Shown: positions 12,476 to 23,815 of the stretch, in pieces | Layout of the letters: each line of letters starts with the position of its first letter | Numbering within the stretch: the first letter of the stretch is position 1 | Assembly: GCA_963766005.1 (NCBI GenBank) | Contig: CAVXYG010000012.1 | Span: forward strand, 270,265-334,264 | Direction: 5' to 3' | Length of the DNA: 64,000 nt | DNA from: an uncultured Actinomycetota bacterium | Lineage (GTDB): Bacteria > Actinomycetota > Actinomycetes > S36-B12 > GCA-2699445 | Notes under the pieces: model-generated | Databases searched by the model: none | Told to the model about the DNA's origin: nothing | What the model saw: only the letters and a program-made list of their open reading frames with translations | Made by a program: the position numbers and the translations under genes

Positions 12476-13345
12476 ATGGCTATCTTCCTGGACTCCGACA
12501 GCAAGATTCTCGTGCAGGGCATGACCGGCGCCGAGGGCACCAAGCACACGCGCCGCATGGTGGCGGGCGGTTCCAACGTGGTCGCGGGCGTGACCCCCGG
12601 CAAGGGCGGGCAGGAGCTCGACGGCATCCCGGTGCACAACTACGTGGCCGAAGCAGTGGAGGCGACGGGCGCGAACGTCTCGGTGGTGTTCGTGCCGCCG
12701 AGGTTCGCACGGGCAGCGGTCATCGAGGCCGTCGACGCCGGCGTCCCCCTGGTCGTGGTCATCACCGAGGGCATCCCGGTGCACGACACCGCCCAGTTCT
12801 TCCAGTACGCCGAGAGGGCCGGCACCACCCGGATCATCGGTCCCAACTGCCCCGGCATCATCTCGCCGGGGCAGTCCAACGCCGGGATCATCCCGGCTGA
12901 CATCACCAAGCGGGGTCGGATCGGGCTGGTCAGCAAGTCCGGCACCCTGACCTACCAGATGATGTACGAACTGCGCGATATCGGCTTCACGACCTGCGTG
13001 GGCATCGGCGGCGACCCGATCATCGGGACCACGCATATCGACTGCCTCGAGGCCTTCCAGAACGACCCCGAGACCGAAGCGATCGTCATGATCGGCGAGA
13101 TCGGCGGCGACGCTGAGGAGCGGGCGGCCGCCTACATCGCCGAGCACGTCACCAAGCCGGTGATCGGCTACGTTGCAGGTTTCACCGCGCCCGAAGGCCG
13201 GACGATGGGCCACGCCGGCGCCATCGTGTCCGGCTCGACGGGAACCGCAGCGGCGAAGCAGGAAGCCTTGGAGGCCGCGGGCGTCAGGGTCGGCAAGACG
13301 CCCAGCCAGGCTGCGGCGCTCATGCGCGAAGTCATGAGTGGCTGA
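12476..13345 (+). CDS. sucD: succinate--CoA ligase alpha subunit
   Basis: ORF 289 aa: [24 protein letters not shown]...GHAGAIVSG (phosphohistidine loop). AGGAGA Shine-Dalgarno 8 nt upstream. Confidence 0.95.
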   Translation: MAIFLDSDSKILVQGMTGAEGTKHTRRMVAGGSNVVAGVTPGKGGQELDGIPVHNYVAEAVEATGANVSVVFVPPRFARAAVIEAVDAGVPLVVVITEGIPVHDTAQFFQYAERAGTTRIIGPNCPGIISPGQSNAGIIPADITKRGRIGLVSKSGTLTYQMMYELRDIGFTTCVGIGGDPIIGTTHIDCLEAFQNDPETEAIVMIGEIGGDAEERAAAYIAEHVTKPVIGYVAGFTAPEGRTMGHAGAIVSGSTGTAAAKQEALEAAGVRVGKTPSQAAALMREVMSG

Positions 13346-13376
13346 CGCGCTCGCGCCGCTGCCGTAGTAGCGGCGC

Positions 13377-15113
13377 ATGAGGTGGCAGGATCGGACAGTG
13401 CGGCAGTTCCCGGCCTCGTGGCTCCCTCGGCGTCGACGCCGGGACGACGTGATCGACCTGTCCGATGCCAGCGCCGAGGCCTGCGATCCGCTCACCGTCG
13501 ACTCGGGGAACCGTGATGAGCTCGACGACATCGCAGCGACCGGCGGCGCACCGGGAGCCGCCCCGGATGCCGCTGCGGCCGATCCGGAGCCGGCAGGAAC
13601 CGATGAAGCGCCGAGCGAGCCGTCGCAGAGCGTTTCGGGCAGGCTTCGCTCGCGTCTGCCGCGGCACCGCCTCGACCGGCTGCTGGGGTTCGCCATGCTG
13701 TCGCGTCGGACAGTCGCAAGCCTGCCGTCGGTCGCAAGTACCGTGATGGCGGCCAGCTGGCTGCTGGCGACCGTGCTGCTGGGGACAGTCCTGACCACGG
13801 TCGCGGTCGGCATGGTTGCCGACCGCTCGCTCATCGACCCCACCACCCTCGTCGGCGTTTGGCGTCTGGCGCACGGCATGCCCGTCGCCACCGCCGACGG
13901 CGCCGTTGCCCTGGTGCCCATGCTTCCGGGCATCCTCGTGTGCGCACTGGTGGTCCGCGCCAGCTCGTGGCTGTGGTCCTCGCTGGAGGGCCTGGGCGAC
14001 GGCCGACCCCTGCGCCAAGCCGGGCTCACGCCGCTGGTCGGGACGGCGCTGCTGGGCGGTGCCTACACCGTTGGGGCGATTCTCATCGCCACCAGCCCGA
14101 CCGCCGCCTCCGTCTCTGCTCAGCAGACCTTGACCCAGGGATGGGCCTCGCTGGTCGGCGTGGTGCTCCTCGGGTTGGCGATCACCGCTGCCCGACGTGC
14201 AGTGCGACCCAGGTCACCCAGGCTGTGGCTGGTGCTCCGCGCCAGCGTCAGTGTGCTCGGTATCCTCCTGGCGCTGTCGTTCGTGACGCTGCTGGTGCGT
14301 CTCGTGCTCTCGTGGTCGCAGTTCCAGGAGATGGCCAACGCCCTGCTCGCCAGCGGGGGGGAGCCCGCCTCGCGCCTGGACGCGGTCGCGCTGGGCGCGC
14401 TGCAGCTGGCCTACCTGCCCAACCTCGTGGTCTGGATCGCGGCCTACCTCGTCGGGGCCGGATTCGCGGTCGGCAGCGACACGATCGTCTCGCCGTTCTC
14501 GGTGACGGTCGGCACGTTGCCGGAAGTGCCGCTGGCGTCGCTCATGCCGGAGCAGGCACTGCGCTGGCCGTGGTTGCCGCTCGTGCTCGTTGCGCTCGCC
14601 TCCGTCCTTGCGGGGTCGATGCTGCGGGCTGCCCGGCTCACCCATCGGATGCGGACCCGTGTGGTCGTCGGAGCTGTCGTCGCGCTGGGGTCTGCCGTCG
14701 GTCTTGCGCTGCTCGCCGGCTTCTCCAACGGCGGGCTCGGCGCCGGACGGTTGGAGTCCATGGGGCCGAGCCCCGGCATCACCTTCTTCTGGACCCTGAT
14801 GATCGTGGGGCTCGGGCAGATGGCTTGGGCCCTCTTGCCCACGCTGATCGCCGACCTGGTGCCGCTGGGTGCCACGGCCCAGCTCTGGTTCGCGCAGGTC
14901 AGGGCGCAGCGGGCTGGGCGGTCCGCCCTCTCCAAGCCACCCGGCAAGGGGGTCCTGCGGCCATTGCGCGATCGGCTGCAGGTACGGCGCACGTCCGGGG
15001 GTGGTATCCGTCGGCGTCGGCGTCGGCGTTCGGGTGCGAGCGCCGAGGCATCATCGGTGGAGACCGGCGACGCCCCGGCCCCCGAGCCGACGGGAGTCGG
15101 GCCTCAGCAGTGA
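13377..15113 (+). CDS. polytopic membrane protein, PerM-like (DUF6350-type) in the conserved sucD-purN slot
   Basis: ORF 578 aa with about 10 hydrophobic spans and charged, low-complexity N- and C-termini. Same position as mycobacterial perM between sucCD and purNH. The family name is recalled, not searched. Confidence 0.7.
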   Translation: MRWQDRTVRQFPASWLPRRRRRDDVIDLSDASAEACDPLTVDSGNRDELDDIAATGGAPGAAPDAAAADPEPAGTDEAPSEPSQSVSGRLRSRLPRHRLDRLLGFAMLSRRTVASLPSVASTVMAASWLLATVLLGTVLTTVAVGMVADRSLIDPTTLVGVWRLAHGMPVATADGAVALVPMLPGILVCALVVRASSWLWSSLEGLGDGRPLRQAGLTPLVGTALLGGAYTVGAILIATSPTAASVSAQQTLTQGWASLVGVVLLGLAITAARRAVRPRSPRLWLVLRASVSVLGILLALSFVTLLVRLVLSWSQFQEMANALLASGGEPASRLDAVALGALQLAYLPNLVVWIAAYLVGAGFAVGSDTIVSPFSVTVGTLPEVPLASLMPEQALRWPWLPLVLVALASVLAGSMLRAARLTHRMRTRVVVGAVVALGSAVGLALLAGFSNGGLGAGRLESMGPSPGITFFWTLMIVGLGQMAWALLPTLIADLVPLGATAQLWFAQVRAQRAGRSALSKPPGKGVLRPLRDRLQVRRTSGGGIRRRRRRRSGASAEASSVETGDAPAPEPTGVGPQQ

Positions 15114-15262
15114 GGCTCGGTGTGTCGTGGGTTCGCGGCACCGACGCGAGGCGTCGTCCTGGCATCGGGGGCGGCCGGAACTTGTGCGTCCGCTCCGGTA
15201 CCGACGCGGGGTCGCCGGGCAGCCGGGCGGTTCTCCGGCCACCTGCTGGCACCTAGCATTGT

Positions 15263-15862
15263 GTGGTGAGCCGTCAACGGATCGTCGCCCTCGCTTCCGG
15301 TAGTGGAACGCTGCTGCAGTCGCTGCTCGATGCACCGGAGAGCCTCGGTGCCGACGTCGTGGCGGTCGGCTCCGATCGGCCCGGGATTCCCGCCCTGGAT
15401 CGGGCGCGGGAGGCGGCGACGTTCGTCGTGCCGGTGGCTGAGCATTCGTCCCGAGCCGATTGGGACCGCGCGCTGAGCGAGGCCGTGGCGTCCCACCGGC
15501 CGGACTGGGTCATCAGCCTGGGCTTCCTGCGACTGCTCGGCCCGGCCTTCCTCGACGCCTTCGCCGGTCGGATCGTGAACAGCCACCCCGCACTGCTGCC
15601 GGCCTTCCCGGGAGCGCATGCCGTGCGCGATGCGCTGGCCTACGGGGTCAAGATCACCGGGTGCACCGTCCACCTCGTCGACGACGGCGTCGACACCGGG
15701 CCGATCATCGCCCAAGAGGCCGTGCCGGTTCTGCCCGGCGACGACGAGGCGAGACTGCACGAACGGATCAAGGTGGTCGAGCGGCGACTCGTCGTGGACG
15801 TTGTCGGGCAGCTCGTTCGCCACGGCTACCGCATCAGCGACAGGAAGGTCACCATCCCGTGA
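15263..15862 (+). CDS. purN: phosphoribosylglycinamide formyltransferase
   Basis: ORF 199 aa: [40 protein letters not shown]. Confidence 0.93.
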   Translation: MVSRQRIVALASGSGTLLQSLLDAPESLGADVVAVGSDRPGIPALDRAREAATFVVPVAEHSSRADWDRALSEAVASHRPDWVISLGFLRLLGPAFLDAFAGRIVNSHPALLPAFPGAHAVRDALAYGVKITGCTVHLVDDGVDTGPIIAQEAVPVLPGDDEARLHERIKVVERRLVVDVVGQLVRHGYRISDRKVTIP

Positions 15863-17409
15863 ACACCGTCCCCATTCGGCGCGCCCTCATCAGCGTCTAC
15901 GACAAGACCGGCGTGGTCGAGCTGGCCCAGGCGCTGCACGGTGCCGGCGTCGAGATCGTCTCCACCGGTTCCACGGCCCGGGTGATCGCCGGATCCGGTG
16001 TGCCGGTGGTGGAGGTGTCATCGGTCACGGGATTCCCGGAGTGCCTCGACGGCCGTGTGAAGACGCTGCATCCCGGTGTGCACGCCGGGCTGCTGGCCGA
16101 CGTCCGCCTCGAGGATCATCGCGCCCAGCTCGACGAGCTGGGCATCGACGCCTTCCAGCTCCTGGTGGTGAATCTGTATCCGTTCGTGGCCACGGTGGCC
16201 AGCGGAGCCGGGCCGCAGGAGTGCGTGGAGCAGATCGACATCGGCGGTCCGGCGATGATCCGGGCCGCGGCGAAGAACCACGCATGCGTCGCCGTGGTCG
16301 TGGATCCCGCGCGCTACGACGAGGTGCGGCAGGCGGCCACCGCCGGCGGATTCGACGAGCAGACCCGGCGCTCGCTGGCGGCCGACGCCTATGCCCACAC
16401 CGCCGAGTACGACATCGCGGTGGCTTCCTGGATGCGCTCGGTGCACGCCGCGACGCCGCAGTCGCCCCGCTTCCCGACGTGGGTCGCCAGCGGGTGGCAC
16501 AAGGCCGCCGACCTGCGCTACGGGGAGAACCCGCACCAGGAGGCGGCGCTGTACCTCTCCGGCGGCGGGCTGGCCGGCGCCGAGCAGTTGCAGGGCAAGG
16601 AGATGTCCTACAACAACTACGTCGACGCCGATGCGGCGTGGCGCACCGCCCACGACTTCGACCAGCCGGCGGTGGCGATCATCAAGCACGCCAACCCGTG
16701 CGGCGTCGCCGTGGGGGACTCGGTGGCCGCCGCCTACCCGAAGGCGCTGCAGACCGATCCGATCAGCGCCTTCGGCGGCGTCGTGGCCTGCAACGGCCTG
16801 GTCGACGAGGCCACCGCGCGCGCGATCAGCGAGGTCTTCACCGAGGTGGTCGTCGCTCCTTCCTTCAGCGACGATGCCCTGGCGGTGCTGGCGGCCAAGA
16901 AGAACCTGCGCCTGCTGCGGGTCACCGACGACGTCCGCTCGCCGGTGGAGATGCGGCCCGTCTCCGGCGGGCTGCTCCTGCAGACGCGGGACCGTATCGA
17001 CGCCGCCGGGGACGACCCGGCGTCCTGGCAGTTGGCGGCCGGTCCGGCCGCCGATGATGCGCTGCTGGCCGACTTGGTCTTCGCCTGGCGCGCCTGCCGC
17101 GGGGTGAAGAGCAACGCGATCCTGCTCGCCAGGCACGGCGCAGCGGTCGGCGTCGGCATGGGCCAGGTCAACCGCGTCGATGCTGCCCGGCTGGCGGTCG
17201 CGCGGGCCGGGGCGGATCGGGCGCGCGGCGCGGTTGCGGCCTCAGACGCGTTCTTCCCGTTCCCCGACGGACTGCAGGTGCTGCTCGACGCCGGGGTGAC
17301 CGCCGTGGTCCAGCCCGGCGGCTCGGTGCGCGATGCGGAGGTGGTCGCGGCCGCGAGGGAGGCCGGCATCACGATGTATCTGACCGGGACGCGGCATTTC
17401 TTCCACTAG
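15859..17409 (+). CDS. purH: bifunctional AICAR formyltransferase / IMP cyclohydrolase
   Basis: In ORF 15460..17409. GTG start overlaps the purN stop (GTGA). N-terminus is [12 protein letters not shown]...VKTLHP; C-terminus is [10 protein letters not shown]. Confidence 0.95.
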   Translation: MNTVPIRRALISVYDKTGVVELAQALHGAGVEIVSTGSTARVIAGSGVPVVEVSSVTGFPECLDGRVKTLHPGVHAGLLADVRLEDHRAQLDELGIDAFQLLVVNLYPFVATVASGAGPQECVEQIDIGGPAMIRAAAKNHACVAVVVDPARYDEVRQAATAGGFDEQTRRSLAADAYAHTAEYDIAVASWMRSVHAATPQSPRFPTWVASGWHKAADLRYGENPHQEAALYLSGGGLAGAEQLQGKEMSYNNYVDADAAWRTAHDFDQPAVAIIKHANPCGVAVGDSVAAAYPKALQTDPISAFGGVVACNGLVDEATARAISEVFTEVVVAPSFSDDALAVLAAKKNLRLLRVTDDVRSPVEMRPVSGGLLLQTRDRIDAAGDDPASWQLAAGPAADDALLADLVFAWRACRGVKSNAILLARHGAAVGVGMGQVNRVDAARLAVARAGADRARGAVAASDAFFPFPDGLQVLLDAGVTAVVQPGGSVRDAEVVAAAREAGITMYLTGTRHFFH

Positions 17410-17467
17410 CGCCCGGCCGGTCGGTGGATCGGGGCCGTCGCTGGTCGCAGCCACGGTCGCCTCGGCC

Positions 17468-18388
17468 GTGGTCGGGCTCGCGGTCAGCCTGCAGTCGCGG
17501 ATCAACGCGTCGCTGGCGCGAGAGCTCATAGCAGGCGGCGAGTCGGCCGCTGCTGCCGGCTTCCACAGCGCGCTCATCAGCTTCGGCAGCGGGTTGGTGC
17601 TGCTGGGCGTGGCTGTGGTGCTCCTGCCGGTGATGCGCAACGCCCTCGGCGGCGTCCGATCGGCGGTCCGCGAGCGGCGGTTGGCGGGATGGCAGCTCCT
17701 CGGCGGGCTCGGCGGCGCATGGCTGGTCACGACGCAGGGGCTGACGGTGCCGACGTTGGGGGTGGCCGTCTTCCTCGTCAGCGTCGTCGCCGGGCAGCTC
17801 GTCGGATCCCTCGCCGTGGACGGCGCTGGGCTGGGACCGGCCGGTCGACTGCGCCCGACTCGCAGCCGCATCGTCGGGGCGCTGCTGGCCTTCGGCGCGG
17901 TCGGCATCGCGGTGGCGCCGCGGCTGGGATCCTCCAGCGGTCCCGGTGCCGCGGCGCTGCTGCTCGGTCTGCTGGCGCTGTCCGCCGGGCTGGGCGTGGC
18001 GGTCCAGCAGGCGCTGAACGCCCATGTCGGACTCGCCGGTGGTTGGGCGCCCGCAGCTGCAGCGGTGAACTTCACGGTCGGAACCGGTGCCCTGCTGACC
18101 ATCGTCATGCTCGGCCAGCTGCTCGGCTGGTGGACGCTGGCCGCGCTGCCGGCCCAGCCGTGGCTGTATCTCGGCGGACCGATCGGCGTGGCCTTCATCG
18201 CCATCGCCGCATGGGTGGTGCCCGTCGTCGGCGTCCTGCGCTTCGCGCTGGCCTCGATCAGCGGCCAGATCGCCGGCGGCGCCGCCCTCGACGCCTTCGC
18301 CCCGCAACCGGGGGTCGAGATCGGTTGGCAGATCTGGACGGGTGCCGCGCTGACGATCGTCGCGGTGGTGGCCGCGAACAGGCGCTGA
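17468..18388 (+). CDS. DMT-superfamily membrane transporter (YdcZ/DUF606-like)
   Basis: ORF 306 aa with about 10 TM segments and an internally duplicated 5-TM pattern. Confidence 0.7.
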   Translation: MVGLAVSLQSRINASLARELIAGGESAAAAGFHSALISFGSGLVLLGVAVVLLPVMRNALGGVRSAVRERRLAGWQLLGGLGGAWLVTTQGLTVPTLGVAVFLVSVVAGQLVGSLAVDGAGLGPAGRLRPTRSRIVGALLAFGAVGIAVAPRLGSSSGPGAAALLLGLLALSAGLGVAVQQALNAHVGLAGGWAPAAAAVNFTVGTGALLTIVMLGQLLGWWTLAALPAQPWLYLGGPIGVAFIAIAAWVVPVVGVLRFALASISGQIAGGAALDAFAPQPGVEIGWQIWTGAALTIVAVVAANRR

Positions 18389-18511
18389 GCGGATGGGCGC
18401 GATCCGGGCCCCCGGTTGCGAGCGCAGTACCGGGCTGGCCCCGGTGGGTACCTCGCCACGACGGGCCCGCTGTGCGCTGACGCCCGCCGGCCGTCATGGA
18501 ACACTGGCCCC

Positions 18512-19364
18512 ATGACGGCGGTTCTGCTCGACGGCAAGGCGACTGCAGCGGCGATCAAGGCCGAACTGGCGCAGCGCGTGGCCAGGCTCGGCGAGGCGAT
18601 GGTGCGACCGGGGCTCGGCACGGTGCTGGTGGGCGATGACCCGGGGAGCCGGGCCTACGTTGCCGGGAAGCACCGCGACTGCGACCGAGGTCGGTATCGC
18701 TTCCATCCGGGAGGACTTGCCCGCCGACGCGACGGCCGACGACGTGGCAGCGGCGATCGGCCGGCTCAATGACGACCCCGGCTGCACCGGCTACATCGTG
18801 CAGTTGCCGCTGCCCGAGGGTATCGACGAGAACACGATGCTGTCGTTGATCGACCCCGCCAAGGACGCCGACGGGCTGCATCCGATGAACCTGGGCCGGC
18901 TGGTCCTCAACGCTGCAGGCCCATTGCCCTGCACGCCGCGCGGCATCGTGGAGTTGCTGCGCCGCTACGACGTCCCGCTGGCCGGAGCGGAGGTCACGAT
19001 CATCGGTCGCGGCGTCACCGTGGGCCGCCCGCTGGGGCTGCTGCTGACCCGGCGCTCCGAGAACGCCACCGTGACGCTGTGCCATACCGGGACCAGGGAT
19101 CTGGCAGCGCACGTCCGGCGCGCCGACATCGTCGTCGCAGCCGCGGGCGTGCCCGGGCTCGTGACCGCCGCGATGGTGAGGCCCGGTGCCGCCGTCCTCG
19201 ACGTCGGCATCACCCGAACCGACCACGGCCTCGTGGGCGACGTCGCTCCCGACGTGCGCGAGGTCGCCGGCTTCGTGGCCCCGATGCCGGGGGGCGTCGG
19301 ACCGATGACGCGGGCGATGCTCCTGGCCAACGTCGTGGAGGCCGCCGAGCGGAGCCTCCGGTGA
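18512..19364 (+). CDS. folD: bifunctional methylenetetrahydrofolate dehydrogenase/cyclohydrolase, frame broken by one extra base near 18684
   Basis: N-terminus [16 protein letters not shown]...YVAGKHRDC is in ORF 18416..18772. The rest ([12 protein letters not shown]...YIVQLPLP...GGVGPMT) is in ORF 18636..19364. Span is 853 nt = 3n+1. Observed tgcgAccgag versus expected tgc gcc gag. Confidence 0.88.
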
Positions 19365-19714
19365 CGGCGCAGCCCGACTCGGCCGGGCTCCCCGACGACG
19401 CCGTCTCGGAGGGTGCCGAGCCGCCGCTGGAACCCAGCGTTGCGTTTGCGCTCACCGTCACCCGCCAGCAGTGGCGGCCGCTGGCCCTGGTCCTGACGAT
19501 CGCCGGCGCCGGACTGCTCCTGGTCTGGATCAACTTCCGCTTCGGCGCGTTGACCCTGGCCGCCGCGGTGGGGACGGCGATGGCGATCCGGGCGTTCGGC
19601 AGCCAGGAGCAGGCGGGTCTGCTGGCCGTGCGCGCGCGGTACATCGACGTCGCCGTGCTGGGAACGCTCACCGTGGGACTGGTGGTGCTGGGCCTGTGGG
19701 TGCCGCTGATCTGA
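19361..19714 (+). CDS. small two-TM membrane protein (DUF3017-like) translationally coupled to folD
   Basis: In the frame of ORF 19079..19714. GTG start in a GTGA overlap with the folD stop. Two hydrophobic helices. The family name is recalled. Confidence 0.65.
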   Translation: MTAQPDSAGLPDDAVSEGAEPPLEPSVAFALTVTRQQWRPLALVLTIAGAGLLLVWINFRFGALTLAAAVGTAMAIRAFGSQEQAGLLAVRARYIDVAVLGTLTVGLVVLGLWVPLI

Positions 19715-19739
19715 CGGCCCGGGCCCAGCAGGTGAGCTG

Positions 19740-20552
19740 ATGCCGGAAGGCGACGAGGTACGTCGGACGGCTCGACGGCTCGACGATGCCCTCGCCGGTC
19801 GACGCCTTGTCCGGGCCGAGCTGCGGGTGCCCCGGTTCGCGACGGTCGACATGACCGGGATGACGGTGGCGGGCACCGCGGTCGCGGGCAAGCATCTGCT
19901 GACTCGCCTGACCGGGAACGGACCAGCCCTCACCCTGCACACCCACCTGCGGATGGAGGGGCGCTGGGCCACCGGCGCCGCGAGCCCTCGGCCGCTGGCG
20001 GGGCCGCACTGGCAGGTCCGTGCCTGGCTGGTCTCGGAGCGGACCCAGGCGGTGGGCATTCGGCTGGGCATGGTGGAGGTGCTCCCGACCGCCTCCGAGC
20101 GGCGGATCATCGACCGGCTCGGACCCGACATCTTGGGGGAGGACTGGTCCCCGGAGCAGGCCGCCCAACGGTTGCGGCAGTGCGGCGCACGCCCGATCGG
20201 GGAGGCACTGCTCGATCAGCACGTCATCAGCGGGCTGGGCACGATCTGGACCTCCGAGACGGCAAGCACCGCCGCAGTGAGCCCGTGGACCGGCTGCGAC
20301 GACGTCCCCGGCCTGGTACCGGCGCTGATCGCCACGCGGGAGGCGATGCAGCGCAGCCTGACCGCCCGCAGCCGCGCTGACCGTCCCCGCTACGCCGTCT
20401 ACGGCCGCGCCGGGCAACCGTGCCGGCGCTGCGGAACCGCGATCCGGACCGGGCGTCTCGGCCGGGCCCCGACCGACCGTGTGGCGTTCTGGTGCCCGCG
20501 GTGCCAGCCCGGTCCCGGCCGGATGAGGACCGACCCGAAGTCGATACCCTGA
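19740..20552 (+). CDS. nei: Fpg/Nei-family DNA glycosylase / AP lyase
   Basis: ORF 270 aa. N-terminal MPEGDEV (catalytic Pro2/Glu3), H2TH region, C-terminal zinc finger CRRCG...CPRCQ. Confidence 0.88.
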   Translation: MPEGDEVRRTARRLDDALAGRRLVRAELRVPRFATVDMTGMTVAGTAVAGKHLLTRLTGNGPALTLHTHLRMEGRWATGAASPRPLAGPHWQVRAWLVSERTQAVGIRLGMVEVLPTASERRIIDRLGPDILGEDWSPEQAAQRLRQCGARPIGEALLDQHVISGLGTIWTSETASTAAVSPWTGCDDVPGLVPALIATREAMQRSLTARSRADRPRYAVYGRAGQPCRRCGTAIRTGRLGRAPTDRVAFWCPRCQPGPGRMRTDPKSIP

Positions 20553-20644
20553 AGCCACGCGCAGGCGTCGCCCGTGATCCGGGCACACATCGCAGCGACC
20601 GGTTCCCTGCGCGCCCGGTCGCGCACGACGGCGGGAGTTGGCGA

Positions 20645-21604
20645 ATGGCACGCGGCGGCAAGGTAACGGTGATCGGGGCAGGGTTCTACGGCTCCACGAC
20701 GGCCCAGCGGCTGGCCGAGTACGACATCTTCGACGAGGTCGTGCTCACCGATGTCATCGAGGGCAAGCCGGAGGGCCTCGCGCTGGACCTCAACCAGTCG
20801 CGCCCCATCGAGGGCTTCGAGACCAAGATCACCGGGCAGACCACCGGCACCGACGGCTCCGGCTACGAGGCGATCGCCGGCTCCGATGTCGTCGTCATCA
20901 CCGCAGGCCTGCCGCGCAAGCCGGGCATGAGCCGGATGGACCTCATCGAGACCAACGCGCGGATCATGCGCTCGGTCGCGGAGAGCGTGGCCGAGCACGC
21001 CCCGGAGGCCGTCATCATCAACGTGGCCAACCCGCTGGACGAGATGACCGCACTGGCACAGATCGTCACCGGCTTCCCCAAGCACCGCATCCTGGGCCAG
21101 GCGGGCATGCTGGACACCGCACGCTTCACCAACTTCGTCGCCGAGAAGCTCGGCGTGCCGGTCGGCTCCGTGACGACGCTGACGTTGGGCTCGCACGGCG
21201 ACACCATGGTCCCGGTGCCCTCGCGCTGCACCGTCGACGGCAAGCCGCTCAGCGAACTGCTGTCCGCCCAGGAGATCGAGGACCTCGTCGTGCGCACCCG
21301 CAACGGCGGCGCGGAGGTGGTCGCCCTGCTGAAGACCGGGTCGGCCTATTACGCACCATCGGCTGCAGCCGCCCGCATGGCGAAGGCGGTCATCGAGGAC
21401 TCCGGCGCGGTGATGCCGGTGTGCGCGTGGGTCGACGGCGAGTACGACGGCATCTCGGGGGTGTACCTCGGCGTCGAAGCCGCGATCGGCAAGGGGGGTG
21501 TGCGGCACATCGTGCGCACCGACCTGACCGCCGATGAGCTGGCCGGTCTGCAGGAAGCAGCCACTGCGGTTGCGGCCAAGCAGGCCGACGTCAAGGATCT
21601 GTGA
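20645..21604 (+). CDS. mdh: malate dehydrogenase (LDH-like type)
   Basis: In ORF 20420..21604. Start placed at MARGGKVTVIGAGFYG. Motifs: ITAGLPRKPGMSRMDL, GSHGDTMVP. Confidence 0.93.
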   Translation: MARGGKVTVIGAGFYGSTTAQRLAEYDIFDEVVLTDVIEGKPEGLALDLNQSRPIEGFETKITGQTTGTDGSGYEAIAGSDVVVITAGLPRKPGMSRMDLIETNARIMRSVAESVAEHAPEAVIINVANPLDEMTALAQIVTGFPKHRILGQAGMLDTARFTNFVAEKLGVPVGSVTTLTLGSHGDTMVPVPSRCTVDGKPLSELLSAQEIEDLVVRTRNGGAEVVALLKTGSAYYAPSAAAARMAKAVIEDSGAVMPVCAWVDGEYDGISGVYLGVEAAIGKGGVRHIVRTDLTADELAGLQEAATAVAAKQADVKDL

Positions 21605-21690
21605 GCAAGCACCACTGAGCGTCGATCGCGCAGACCGCCGGTCCCGTGCCGGGGTCTGCGCGATCGACGACCGGGCAGAGAGGAAGCACC

Positions 21691-22905
21691 GTGGGCAAGA
21701 TCAAGGTCGTCAACCCCGTCGTGGAGCTCGACGGCGATGAGATGACGCGCATCATCTGGGCGTTCATCAAGGAGCAGCTGATCCTGCCCTACCTCGATGT
21801 GGAGCTGAAGTACTTCGACCTCGGGGTGGAGCACCGCGACGAGACCGACGACCAGGTGACCGTCGATGCGGCCAACGCCATCAAGCAGTACGGCGTGGGC
21901 GTCAAGTGCGCCACGATCACCCCCGACGAAGCCCGGGTGGCGGAGTTCGGGCTGAAGAAGATGTGGCGCTCGCCCAACGGCACGATTCGCAACATCCTCG
22001 GCGGTGTGATCTTCCGCGAGCCGATCATCATCAGCAACATCCCACGGCTGGTGCCCGGCTGGACCAAGCCGATCGTGGTCGGTCGTCACGCCTTCGGCGA
22101 CCAGTACCGGGCCACCGATTTCCGGGTGCCCGGACCGGGATCGCTGACCGTGACCTTCACGCCGGCCGACGGCAGCGAGCCGATGGAGTTCGACGTCTAC
22201 GACTTCCCCGGGGGCGGCGTGGCCATGGCCATGTACAACCTCGACGACTCCATCCGCGACTTCGCCCGCGCCTCGTTCCGCTACGGCCTGGCACGCAACT
22301 TCCCCGTCTACATGTCGACGAAGAACACGATCCTGAAGGCCTACGACGGCCGGTTCAAGGATCTGTTCGCCGAGGTCTTCGAGGCGGAGTTCGCCGAGGA
22401 GTTCGCCGCGGCGGACCTCACCTACGAGCACCGACTCATCGACGACATGGTGGCCGCGGCCATGAAGTGGGAGGGCGGCTACGTCTGGGCGTGCAAGAAC
22501 TACGACGGCGATGTGCAGTCCGACACCGTGGCGCAGGGCTTCGGGTCGCTGGGTCTGATGACATCCGTGCTGATGACGCCCGACGGCCAGACCGTGGAGG
22601 CCGAGGCCGCCCATGGCACGGTCACCCGGCACTACCGGCAGCACGAGCAGGGCAAGCCGACCTCGACGAACCCGATCGCCTCGATCTTCGCCTGGACCCG
22701 AGGGCTTGCGCACCGGGGTCGAATGGACGGCACGCCGGAGGTGACGGCCTTCGCGGAGACCTTGGAGCGCGTCTGCATCGAGACGGTCGAGCAGGGCAAG
22801 ATGACCAAGGATCTGGCGCTGCTCGTCGGGCCCGACCAGCCGTTCCTGACCACGAGTGAGTTCCTGGCCGCGATTCAGGAGAACCTGCAGCAGGCGATGG
22901 CCTGA
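21691..22905 (+). CDS. icd: NADP-dependent isocitrate dehydrogenase (homodimeric, about 400-aa type)
   Basis: In ORF 21646..22905. GTG start after AGAGGAAG. Motifs: [35 protein letters not shown]. Confidence 0.93.
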   Translation: MGKIKVVNPVVELDGDEMTRIIWAFIKEQLILPYLDVELKYFDLGVEHRDETDDQVTVDAANAIKQYGVGVKCATITPDEARVAEFGLKKMWRSPNGTIRNILGGVIFREPIIISNIPRLVPGWTKPIVVGRHAFGDQYRATDFRVPGPGSLTVTFTPADGSEPMEFDVYDFPGGGVAMAMYNLDDSIRDFARASFRYGLARNFPVYMSTKNTILKAYDGRFKDLFAEVFEAEFAEEFAAADLTYEHRLIDDMVAAAMKWEGGYVWACKNYDGDVQSDTVAQGFGSLGLMTSVLMTPDGQTVEAEAAHGTVTRHYRQHEQGKPTSTNPIASIFAWTRGLAHRGRMDGTPEVTAFAETLERVCIETVEQGKMTKDLALLVGPDQPFLTTSEFLAAIQENLQQAMA

Positions 22906-23023
22906 GGTCAGCCGTGCCCTCCCGATCCCGTTCGCGTGCTCCGGCGACGTAAGCGGGCTCCGGAATCCGCCCGTCACGGCTGCTGCCTGCCGCGTCCGGC
23001 ATCCCTGACGATCCGAATGATGG

Positions 23024-23812
23024 ATGGTGCGTGTGCGTCTGATCACGGCCAATGTCAACGGGATCCGGGCCGCGGCCCGTCGCGGCGGCCTGGCCTGGCT
23101 GGCAGATCGGAACGCGGACCTGATCACGCTGCAAGAGGTGCGCGCGTCGCGGGAGCAGCTGGACAAGGCGCTGGCCGACGGCGGGCTCGGCGAGTACCAC
23201 GTCGCGCATGCTGAGGCCGATCGGCCGGGTCGGGCCGGCGTCGCCATCCTCTCCCGCGCGCCCGTCGATGATGTTGTGGTCGGACTCGGCGACGGTATCG
23301 ATGACGCCGGTCGCTGGCTGGAGGTGTCCACCGGTGGGTTGACCGTCGTGTCCTGCTACGTCCACACCGGCGAGGCGGGGACCCCGAAGCAGGCGGTGAA
23401 AGAGGCCTTCCTGGAGGCGATGACGCAGCGCCTGGCCGGTTGGCCCGAGCGGGCTGGGCCGTCGATCGTCACCGGGGACCTCAACATCGCCCACCGCGAA
23501 GTGGACATCAAGAACTGGAAGGGCAACCTGCAGCGCGCCGGCTTCCTGCCGCAGGAGCGCGCCGTCGTCGACCGGTGGCTGGAGGCGGGCTGGGTGGACT
23601 TGGGTCGTGAGTTCGGCGGCGAGGGGCCCGGTCCGTACACCTGGTGGTCCTGGCGCGGCAAGGCCTTCGACAACGACGCCGGGTGGCGGATCGACTACGC
23701 CCTGGCCACGCGCGGGTTGGCCGACCGTGTCAGGTCTGTCGCGGTCGGCCGCGCGCCGACCTACGCCCAGCGCTGGAGCGACCACGCCGCGGTGGTCGTG
23801 GACTGGGTCTGA
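23024..23812 (+). CDS. xthA: exodeoxyribonuclease III
   Basis: ORF 262 aa: ITANVNGIRAA, LQEV, GDLNIAH, RIDY, SDHAAV. Coordinates are taken from the ORF track. Confidence 0.92.
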   Translation: MVRVRLITANVNGIRAAARRGGLAWLADRNADLITLQEVRASREQLDKALADGGLGEYHVAHAEADRPGRAGVAILSRAPVDDVVVGLGDGIDDAGRWLEVSTGGLTVVSCYVHTGEAGTPKQAVKEAFLEAMTQRLAGWPERAGPSIVTGDLNIAHREVDIKNWKGNLQRAGFLPQERAVVDRWLEAGWVDLGREFGGEGPGPYTWWSWRGKAFDNDAGWRIDYALATRGLADRVRSVAVGRAPTYAQRWSDHAAVVVDWV

Positions 23813-23815
23813 GCC

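Noticed and set aside
22981-23760. In my reading, the printed sequence between about 22981 and 23760 is offset by +1 relative to the ORF track. There is an extra c at the start of line 22981 and a missing c at the 23760/23761 line break. Taken literally, this would frameshift xthA.
   Set aside because: Both discrepancies fall exactly on line boundaries, and the track ORFs (22936..23214, 23024..23812, 23356..23673, 23607..23978) are mutually consistent. I treat this as a formatting or reading issue and use the track coordinates. It is worth a mechanical check.
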